The translations under genes and the position numbers were made by a program. A stretch of DNA of 16,216 bases from an uncultured Bdellovibrio sp. (GTDB taxonomy: Bacteria; Bdellovibrionota; Bdellovibrionia; Bdellovibrionales; Bdellovibrionaceae), in NCBI GenBank assembly GCA_963932905.1, contig CAWVRN010000046.1:1-16216 (forward strand), read 5' to 3'. How positions within the stretch are numbered: position 1 is the first letter of the stretch; the number at the start of each line of letters is the position of its first letter. Positions 8,574-15,903 of this stretch are shown piece after piece. The notes below the pieces were generated by a model. The model was not told where the DNA came from. It saw nothing but the letters and a program-made list of their open reading frames with translations, and did no database searches.

Positions 8574-8988
8574 ATGAAACCACTTTATCAAGCACACGTG
8601 ACCTCGTCCGGGGGCAGAGATGGTCATGTTAAAATCATCCGATGGCCTCATTGATTTTCCGGTCTCCGTCCCTAAAGAGATGGGCGGCAAGGGATATGCC
8701 ACTAATCTAGAACAACTATTTGCCGCGGGTTATGCCGCCTGTTTTGAAAATGCGGTTATCCACTTGGGGCGCCAGAAGAAGGTCAATGTCGGCAACACGT
8801 CGGTGGATGCCACTGTTAGCATTTTCCCCAATTCCCAAGGCGGCTTCAGTCTCGCGGTGGAGCTTTCAGTCGGACTACCGGATATGAATCCCAATCAAGC
8901 TCAAGCATTGATCGAAGAGGCCCATAAAGTTTGTCCATATTCGAATGCCACCCGTGGAAATATCCAAGTGGATCTGAAACTCAAGTGA
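8574..8988 (+). pseudogene. ohr: Organic hydroperoxide resistance protein Ohr, interrupted by a +1 frameshift at the A4 run 8631-8634
   Basis: GGAG SD and ATG 8574 give MKPLYQAHVTSSGGRDGHVK, and this frame stops at 8654. The next frame continues SSDGLIDFPVSVPKEMGG...EQLFAAGYAACF...AHKVCPYSNATRGNI to 8988. Removing one A gives an intact 137-aa Ohr. Confidence 0.9.
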
Positions 8989-9034
8989 ACAAGTAATCAT
9001 GCAAAGAATCTCATAAAATGAAAAAGGAGGCGGA

Positions 9035-9574
9035 ATGTCACTACAAAGTATTTCGTTTAAGAAGATGGATGGATTTAGCGCCAGTCTGGCGGAGTTTTCG
9101 GGCCAAGTGCTACTGATTGTGAATGTAGCCTCCAAGTGTGGTTTAACCCCGCAGTATGAGGCTCTGGAAAAGATCTATCGTAAGTATCAAAATAAGGGAT
9201 TCATCGTTCTTGGTTTTCCGGCAAATGATTTCAGGGGGCAAGAACCAGGCAGCAACGAAGAAATCGAGCAATTCTGCAAGACGACTTATGACGTAAATTT
9301 CCCGATTTTTCAAAAAATCTCCGTCAAGGGTAAGACGAAACATCCTCTTTATGCGGCGCTCATCGAGGCTCAACCGAAAGCGATTGAATTGGACGGCGGC
9401 TCATTAAAGGCAAAGCTGGAACAAATCGGAGAAACGCCGGACTCTCCCCATGGGATTCTGTGGAACTTCGAGAAATTCCTGATTGATCGAAAAGGAAATG
9501 TTGTTGCGAGATTCGCTCCCGATCTTCCCCCGGACTCGTCGGCAGTCACAGTCAAAATTGAGAGCCTTTTATGA
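9035..9574 (+). CDS. Glutathione peroxidase family protein (Cys-type, BtuE/Gpx-like, probably thioredoxin-dependent)
   Basis: NVASKCGLTPQY (TGT Cys, not Sec), LGFPANDFRGQEPG, FCKTTY (resolving-Cys position) and WNFEKFL. Strong SD AAAGGAGG. Confidence 0.95.
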   Translation: MSLQSISFKKMDGFSASLAEFSGQVLLIVNVASKCGLTPQYEALEKIYRKYQNKGFIVLGFPANDFRGQEPGSNEEIEQFCKTTYDVNFPIFQKISVKGKTKHPLYAALIEAQPKAIELDGGSLKAKLEQIGETPDSPHGILWNFEKFLIDRKGNVVARFAPDLPPDSSAVTVKIESLL

Positions 9575-9612
9575 CTGCATTGAGACAAGCATGGAGCAGC
9601 ATGCGGCAACGT

Positions 9613-9642
9613 CCGCTCTTCTATAAAGAGCGGTTGGTTTTT
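9613..9642 (+). terminator. Probable intrinsic terminator after ohr-gpx
   Basis: Stem CCGCTCTT/AAGAGCGG with loop CTATA, followed by TTGGTTTTT, about 40 bp after the gpx stop. Confidence 0.55.
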
Positions 9643-9686
9643 CTCAAATCCAGAATCTTCCGAGGATTAGATTTGATTCTTGGCCA

Positions 9687-10667
9687 ATGTGGGGCGTAAC
9701 TATTTGTATGCTGTTTTTCGCCATTATTCCGATTTTATTATGGTCTAGCGCGACAAATGCGAGTCTTTTGGGGACAGTGCCGAGGGTCGATACTGGGCAA
9801 GTTCGTCTTTTGACCGAAATGCAGTCGGATCTTTGGACCTCTCCCAATCAAGAAAAGGCCGATCCCTTAAGGCGCTATAACTTAGCGGGAAAACTGCCAG
9901 TCCTATTTAATGACCGTTGGAGCGCCAGCCTGAATTTGGAGGCCGAAGGATTAAGAATAGGCCGACCCGGTCTCATCATCGGTAACGACGCGATCGAGGT
10001 AAATACTGACCTGCGTAGCCAGTCGGCTGGCGTCGGTGTCCAAAGGCGCGACGAGGACGGAAGTTGGTTCTCGTTATTTGGAAGTTATGAATCTGCCAGC
10101 AACGAGCCCTTCAAAGACAAACGCGACCGTTATTTCGCTGGGACCGCGATTTATGCTTTTGAGCCAAGCGAGAAATGGCAGTGGATCGTTGGTGCAAATC
10201 AATCGAACAATAGGGGCATTCGCAACGGTCAGATCATGCCTATCGGCGGGGTATTTTATCGCCCAAACCTAAATCTCACGGTGGCCTTTGGCCTTCCATT
10301 TTTATTGATCGAATGGAAGAACGAAAGCTCGGTTTTCAATCTCACCGCAACACTGGTCGGGATCGAGGGAAATTTACGGAAGGATTTCGCGAACGATTTC
10401 TTTTACCAATTTAAGTCAGGTCTTTCCTCTCGCGCTTACTTGCACAATGACCGCATCAAAGACAAAAACCGCATTTTTTTCGAAGAGAAATATATCGAGG
10501 GTGGCGTAGGTGTTCGGTTAAGCGCAAGAACTCATACGGTTTTGGTGATCGGTCAGTCTTTCGATCGCCGGGTTTACGAAGCTGAAGCGATCTTTAAGAA
10601 AACCGGGACCGACCATCGCATCAAAGCCGACCTTTATGGGACGCTTGGCTTGGAGTTTATCTTGTGA
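9687..10667 (+). CDS. Predicted outer-membrane beta-barrel protein of unknown function (DUF6268-like by recollection)
   Basis: Signal peptide, alternating amphipathic strands (WSASLNLEAE, WQWIVGANQS, MPIGGVFYRPN, VAFGLP) and a C-terminal barrel-type strand YGTLGLEFIL. Confidence 0.7.
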   Translation: MWGVTICMLFFAIIPILLWSSATNASLLGTVPRVDTGQVRLLTEMQSDLWTSPNQEKADPLRRYNLAGKLPVLFNDRWSASLNLEAEGLRIGRPGLIIGNDAIEVNTDLRSQSAGVGVQRRDEDGSWFSLFGSYESASNEPFKDKRDRYFAGTAIYAFEPSEKWQWIVGANQSNNRGIRNGQIMPIGGVFYRPNLNLTVAFGLPFLLIEWKNESSVFNLTATLVGIEGNLRKDFANDFFYQFKSGLSSRAYLHNDRIKDKNRIFFEEKYIEGGVGVRLSARTHTVLVIGQSFDRRVYEAEAIFKKTGTDHRIKADLYGTLGLEFIL

Positions 10668-11476
10668 GACGCCGGGCATCGAGTGTTGTGTTGATCTCGC
10701 TATGTTTATTGGTGTCGTGCGCGCCGTTTCAAGATTCACCATTCTCTGATCAAATTTTGCACTCTGAAAGAGATTTGAATGCCAAGGCTATCGGCCAACT
10801 CGCTCAGATTGAGGCCGACGGAAGGATTCGTATCGCCATATTTACGGACGCCCATCAGAATTACATGGCGCTAGATCGTGTGATTGCGCAGATCAATCAA
10901 GAACCAGCGGTCGATTTCGTGGTCAATCTCGGAGATTTTACGAATAGCGCTTACAACATGGAATACGACCAGTTTCTGATTTCTTATCTGCAACTTCAGC
11001 GGCCAACCGTCAGCGTGATCGGCAACCACGACGCCATAGGCGCCGGGCCAAGCCTGTTCAGAAAAATATTCGGACCGCTCAACAGCTGGTTCGAGTCGTC
11101 TTCGGCGCGTTTCATTTTGTTCAACTCCGCTAACCTCGAAAGCCCGAAGGACTTTAACATCGATTGGCTGCTGGAAGCCGTTCGCAGTTCGGTCAAACCG
11201 GTATTCATTTTCACACACATTCCCCTGATCGACGCGGAAAGATTCACCGGAGGCGTGGCGACTACGATGTATGAGATTATCAATCACCCAAACACCAAAG
11301 CGATTTTCAACGGGCATAATCATGTTTATGGTTTTCAAGTCATCGGTGGCACGATAATGGCGCAAGCGGCCCGGGTTGAGTCCAACAAGTGGTTGATGAT
11401 TGAGATCACTGGAAATCAGTTTGAACTACGCGAACGAAACGGCGGAGGTGCAGAATCACAAACCTTAAAGCCATAG
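10664..11476 (+). CDS. Calcineurin-like metallophosphoesterase lipoprotein (Icc/CpdA-like)
   Basis: Lipobox LLVSC after a basic/hydrophobic leader. Complete metal-binding motifs: TDAH, LGDFT, IGNHD, FTHIP and NGHNH. GTGA overlap with the upstream gene. Confidence 0.9.
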   Translation: MRRRASSVVLISLCLLVSCAPFQDSPFSDQILHSERDLNAKAIGQLAQIEADGRIRIAIFTDAHQNYMALDRVIAQINQEPAVDFVVNLGDFTNSAYNMEYDQFLISYLQLQRPTVSVIGNHDAIGAGPSLFRKIFGPLNSWFESSSARFILFNSANLESPKDFNIDWLLEAVRSSVKPVFIFTHIPLIDAERFTGGVATTMYEIINHPNTKAIFNGHNHVYGFQVIGGTIMAQAARVESNKWLMIEITGNQFELRERNGGGAESQTLKP

Positions 11477-11991
11477 TTTCGTTCATTGCACTTTTAGCTT
11501 GCCCCTTCGCAAGCGCCACTTGGTCCATCGAATTGGCGAGGGCGGGTTTTATGGGTAGGCTAGCCGCTGGTCCAATCTACGAGTTTAATCCCTATCACGC
11601 CATGGCCTTTACGGTGGGATCTTACCAAAATGACACCGGCCACTACGCGCAGTTGAATTGGGCCTACCGTTACTCACACTGGCAATTCGAACGGCCCGGG
11701 GTATTGTGGAGACCACTGCAGATTGGGTTGTTCGCTATTTACTCGACCGATCAAGATCGCTACTTCATTAAATCGCCAGACAAGTATCCCATGAGTGGCT
11801 ACTATGACGAAACCGCCTTAAGAGGCGGTCTTGAGTTCGGCAGCACAATCATTCTGCACAAATATCATTTGGGTCTTGCTATGTATCTCCGCATTTTAGA
11901 CAATGGCATTGTCGCCATCGTAAACAACAGACACCGCGATCTGCAGTATTATAGTTCCACGGGGTTGGCCCTTCAGTATGTATTCTGGTAG
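11455..11991 (+). CDS. Small exported, probably beta-barrel outer-membrane protein of unknown function
   Basis: The ORF track starts at TTG 11533. The same frame is open upstream and encodes a signal peptide (ITNLKAIVSFIALLACPFASA-TW) beginning at ATC 11455, 5 nt after GGAGGT. The mature part is rich in aromatic residues and Gly and ends GLALQYVFW. Confidence 0.65.
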   Translation: MTNLKAIVSFIALLACPFASATWSIELARAGFMGRLAAGPIYEFNPYHAMAFTVGSYQNDTGHYAQLNWAYRYSHWQFERPGVLWRPLQIGLFAIYSTDQDRYFIKSPDKYPMSGYYDETALRGGLEFGSTIILHKYHLGLAMYLRILDNGIVAIVNNRHRDLQYYSSTGLALQYVFW

Positions 11992-12167
11992 AAAACAAAG
12001 CGAAACCTTACATCCTTTTTAGAACTCGACTTTTTATCTATCTTGCACCCGCTTGAGTCGCTAATTTCAATCTGCGCCCTCTCCTTATGTGTGTGGCTTT
12101 GTTTTGAAGTGTAAGGCCAGCAACCCCTATGTTCCCCATGATTTCGCGTTCACCAGGAGATTAGAGT

Positions 12168-12992
12168 TTACCAATTCCAGTGGAAATTTAAAGGAGCGAT
12201 GTGATATTGTCCAACCGGGTCGTTCTTTAGAAAACTGGAAGTGTATCGAAAATAAAACAGATACCAATTAATCCCTAGTCCCACTTGCCACTCTACTCTC
12301 TCTTCTTTAATTTCATGACCATAAAATTTACTACTGAGTTGATCCACTAGTTTATATTGCCCAGTAAAGGCTAATTGCTGATAAGAATACCTTAACCCAC
12401 CAATGACGTATAAATCATTCATATAGGGAGAGGAAAAAACTCCGCACCCGCCGTACCAGTATTGATCTTCATAAATTAATTTAATTCCAGTAGATACGGT
12501 AATAGTTGTCTGTTCTTTCCCGTATAGGTTATAGTTTAAGGTACTGCCCACTACTTTATGTACAAAATTATATAACTGTTTTGCATTTTGATTGCCGCTA
12601 AAAATTAAGTTTATTTCTGGATAAAGCACCAACTTAGCATCAAGTTGAATATAGGTGGCCACACCGATGGTGGTATCGTCAGATAAAACACCATAGGCCT
12701 GATTTAATTTAGGACTACCATAGTCATAACTTAAGGCAGGAGTTATGAGTCTGCGGAATAAACTAAATTCCCACTTGGATTTGTAAGTATAGCTGCCACC
12801 GGTAGAATTAGTTAAATATTTATCAGTACTACCAATGAAGTCGTTATTAAAGAGTTGAAAATAGGTAGAGCTATTAGTTAAATACAAGCGTTCCACTTCT
12901 CCCAGTTGTCCATTAGGTTGAGGAAATAAAGAAACGTGCGTGTAGGCAGTCTGAGCCAACAAAAAGAACCATAATAAACAATGTTTACTCAC
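12168..12992 (-). CDS. Lipid A deacylase LpxR-family (DUF2219) outer-membrane protein, divergent
   Basis: Signal peptide; FNNDFIGSTDKYLTNS (cf. ENDxF...DRxYTxG), LITP (cf. IYTP) and AKQLYNFVHKVVG (cf. AxxxQxxxHxxxG); aromatic C-terminal strand LNFHWNW. GTG start; AT-rich. Confidence 0.65.
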   Translation of the reverse strand: MSKHCLLWFFLLAQTAYTHVSLFPQPNGQLGEVERLYLTNSSTYFQLFNNDFIGSTDKYLTNSTGGSYTYKSKWEFSLFRRLITPALSYDYGSPKLNQAYGVLSDDTTIGVATYIQLDAKLVLYPEINLIFSGNQNAKQLYNFVHKVVGSTLNYNLYGKEQTTITVSTGIKLIYEDQYWYGGCGVFSSPYMNDLYVIGGLRYSYQQLAFTGQYKLVDQLSSKFYGHEIKEERVEWQVGLGINWYLFYFRYTSSFLKNDPVGQYHIAPLNFHWNW

Positions 12993-13592
12993 TATTTTAG
13001 TTTAACCAAAAGTTTACTTAAATTCCAATTCTCTTTACAAAAGTACCTTTTAGATCTGGGATATCCACCAAATAAAGTTTTAATGCTTGGAGTGCGGTGA
13101 CTTTTTTGGTTTTACGACCGATGCCGACGATAAATCCACAATTCTTATCCAATTTTTTAAAGAGAATCGTGTTGAGCGCGGAATCCTGGGAACTAAGGGT
13201 TGGTGGTTGATTTGTTAATAAAGGAGTCCTAACCCGCCGGGGAATACTTAGGAAGGGAAGGCGAAACAGCTTTAATCCACTTTAGCCTTTTTAAGTTTTT
13301 CGATAGCTCACCCAATTTAACTTGCGTTGAAATCATTGGTAATGATTTTCAGCGTCTTGAGAATTTGTGGAAACTCTTAAATAAGCAAAATATGTCATAG
13401 AAAGTGATTAAATATGAGAATTCCAGAAAAAACCAATACTGAATTAAATTGGACTAATCGCGTTCAATTTTAAGATATTAAAAGTGGGCGTATTCGTTCG
13501 GTTGAAACGGCGGTTTTGTCTGAACACTTGCTAGGCATTGGAACTGTTGCAAAAATCGACCCGTTTTCTATTTTTATGCGCTTGCCCTGATA

Positions 13593-15302
13593 TTAGACTG
13601 GATTCTGCCTGAGCGCTCGTCTTAGGATTTTACCCACATTTGTTTTGGGTAACTCTTTTCTGAATTCTACTATTTTCGGAACCTTGTAATTAGTTAAACT
13701 CTTTTTTGCATGCTCAATAATCACCGCTTCTGTCAAAGAGGGATCTTTTTTTACTACGACTACTTTTACGATTTCTCCAGAATGCTGATCGGGGACACCA
13801 ATGGCAGCGACCTCAAGTACTCCGGGGTGGCTAGCAATCGCATCTTCGACTTCGTTTGGATAAACATTGAAGCCTGAAACTAGGATCATATCTTTTTTAC
13901 GATCGACGATTTTAACGAAACCTTTTTCATCTAGGATGCCGATATCGCCTGTGTGGAACCAGCCTTCTTTGTCGATGACCTTTGCAGTTTCATCAGGACG
14001 TTCCCAATAGCCCTTCATAACTTGTGGACCGTATACGCAAATTTCTCCAGGCTCTTCGATGACTTCATTGCCGTCATCATCGACGAATTTGATCCAAGTA
14101 TCAGGCACCGGTAATCCAATCGTGCCTACTCGATCTGTACCATCAATTGGATTACAGCATGCAACTGGTGATGTTTCGGTTAAGCCGTAACCTTCGACGA
14201 CTTTAGTTTTTGTTAGTTTTTCCCATTTTTCGCTGACTGCTTTTTGTAACGCCATCGCGCCGGCGACGTTAATTTTCACCTGCGAGAAATCGATAGTGTT
14301 AAAATCTGGATGATTCATTAGTCCGTTATACAAAGTATTTACACCAGACATCACCGTGTACTTGCTGGATTTCATTTCCTTAATAAACGCGGGGATGTCT
14401 CGAGGATTTGTAATCAAGATATTCTGAGCTCCGTATCGCATGAAGGCTAAGCAGTTCACCGTTAGCGAGAAGATGTGGTAAAGTGGAAGAGGCGTAAGAG
14501 CTATCTCTTCACCTTCCTTTAGCTTCGGTCTCATCCAATTACAAATCTGTAATATATTTGCGATAATGTTTCTATGTGTAAGGATTGCGCCCTTGGAAAC
14601 GCCCGTCGTTCCACCCGTGTATTGCAGAAAAACAATATCCAATTGGTTCATTTCCACTTTTTGGAAAGTAGTCAAACGGCCAATTTCCATAGCTTGATTC
14701 AACTCGTAAGCCTGCTGCGGTAAGTGAAACGTTGGGACCATCTTCTTGACATATTTAATAACGAAATTAATTAGAATGTTTTTCGGGAATGGTAAGAAAT
14801 CACCAATCTCTGTCACAACAACGCTTTCAATCTGAGTGTCTTTAATGACGGACTCAAGTAAATGAGCGTAGTTTTTAAGAATCACTATACATTTAGCGCC
14901 GGAGTCTTTAAATTGATGTTTCATCTCTTGAGCTGTGTAGAGTGGGTTGATGTTTACTATAATCAACCCTGCCTTCATAGCGCCAAACAAAACTACTGGA
15001 TATTGTAACAAATTAGGAATTTGAATCGCTATACGATCGCCTTTCTTCAATTTTAATTCTTGCTGAAGGAAAGCAGAAAAATGATCAACCTTTTCCGAGA
15101 GTTGTTTGAACGAATACGAATGGCCAAAATTGCTGAACGATTTTTTATCAGTATATCTAGCAACGGCTTGATCGAAAACCTCTAGGATATTTTTGTACTG
15201 ATCTATGTCAATTTTAGGTGATACCGAATCTGGGTACTGTGAGCGCCATGGATCTTTTCGATTCAACATAGGATTTGTAGAATGCTGACTTTTTTCATCC
15301 AC
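13593..15302 (-). CDS. fadD: Long-chain-fatty-acid--CoA ligase
   Basis: AMP-binding motifs LQYTGGTTGVSKG, EGYGLTETSP, WFHTGDIG, VDRKKDMILVSGFNVYPNEVE and LPKTNVGKILRR. The likely start is GTG 15302 after SD AAAGGAG (569 aa); the ORF track extends to 15368. Confidence 0.95.
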   Translation of the reverse strand: MDEKSQHSTNPMLNRKDPWRSQYPDSVSPKIDIDQYKNILEVFDQAVARYTDKKSFSNFGHSYSFKQLSEKVDHFSAFLQQELKLKKGDRIAIQIPNLLQYPVVLFGAMKAGLIIVNINPLYTAQEMKHQFKDSGAKCIVILKNYAHLLESVIKDTQIESVVVTEIGDFLPFPKNILINFVIKYVKKMVPTFHLPQQAYELNQAMEIGRLTTFQKVEMNQLDIVFLQYTGGTTGVSKGAILTHRNIIANILQICNWMRPKLKEGEEIALTPLPLYHIFSLTVNCLAFMRYGAQNILITNPRDIPAFIKEMKSSKYTVMSGVNTLYNGLMNHPDFNTIDFSQVKINVAGAMALQKAVSEKWEKLTKTKVVEGYGLTETSPVACCNPIDGTDRVGTIGLPVPDTWIKFVDDDGNEVIEEPGEICVYGPQVMKGYWERPDETAKVIDKEGWFHTGDIGILDEKGFVKIVDRKKDMILVSGFNVYPNEVEDAIASHPGVLEVAAIGVPDQHSGEIVKVVVVKKDPSLTEAVIIEHAKKSLTNYKVPKIVEFRKELPKTNVGKILRRALRQNPV

Positions 15303-15376
15303 AAAAACTCCTTTAATATTCATTTTTAATCTTGCTATACTATTAATGTAACAGCATGTTCTGTCCATAATTTTAT

Positions 15377-15490
15377 TAAGGCGTGTTGACGTTTCATGGC
15401 GACAACCAGAAGTAAGAGCAAACCAAGACCAAAGACCAAGATAATTTATTTTATGTTTGTCAAACCTGGTCGCCGTCCCACGAAAACGTT
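15377..15490. repeat. Imperfect inverted repeat, possible MITE/IS5-like element remnant
   Basis: Begins TAAGGCGTGTTGACGTTTCA, which resembles IS5-family/MITE ends with a TAA flank (from memory). ACGTTTCATGGCGACAACCAG is imperfectly mirrored by CTGGTCGCCGTCCCACGAAAACGT. Internal microrepeat ACCAAG-ACCAAAG-ACCAAG. There is no full right TIR. Confidence 0.35.
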
Positions 15491-15903
15491 TGAGTTTAGC
15501 AAGAACTTTTCAAATTCACCTTTTATAAAAATGGCGACTGTTTTTTGCAACCTGTTTTGTGATTAGATTTTAAAGATGCCTTCATAACTCATTTACTCGT
15601 TAAATATTTAGACTAAACTCGAAGTTTACAAAAAAGCGAGGCGGTCTTTTTTAATTTTCAAACCTATTTGTCATAACCGTTTATCCTAGGAAAGGCCACT
15701 TTCGCTTTTCGGTAAGCTCTCATTAAATACATCAATTTTCAACAAAACCTTAACACTTTTTTAATTTGCTTCCAGCTAGTTTTGCTGTCAGGCTCTTTTG
15801 CGTATGCTGGCTCTATGATTTTCTAAGCTTTTCTTTGTGGACATCTAAAATAAAGAAGCGGTTTTTAATATTGATCCTGGGCCGGCATCACCTTTTTTCT
15901 GCT

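Noticed and set aside
8620..8988. 122-aa ORF as a stand-alone intact Ohr/OsmC protein (and 8472-8654 as a separate gene)
   Set aside because: Both are halves of one frameshifted ohr; the SD and conserved N-terminus belong to ATG 8574.
9134..9142. Possible selenocysteine in the glutathione peroxidase
   Set aside because: The active-site codon is TGT (Cys) and there is no in-frame TGA.
11455..11991. Small barrel as PagL/PagP lipid A enzyme
   Set aside because: The size is similar, but there is no C-terminal HxSN (PagL) motif or recognisable PagP motif.
13170..13295. Purine-rich stretch considered as a riboswitch or ncRNA
   Set aside because: I could not match any known riboswitch, 6S, SRP or RNase P consensus, or build a convincing fold by eye.
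15303..15368. N-terminal extension of fadD from ATG 15368
   Set aside because: A strong SD precedes GTG 15302, and the extension covers AT-rich promoter-like DNA.
15421..15441. ACCAAG microrepeat as a CRISPR or VNTR
   Set aside because: Only three 6-7-nt units, with no spacers and no cas genes.
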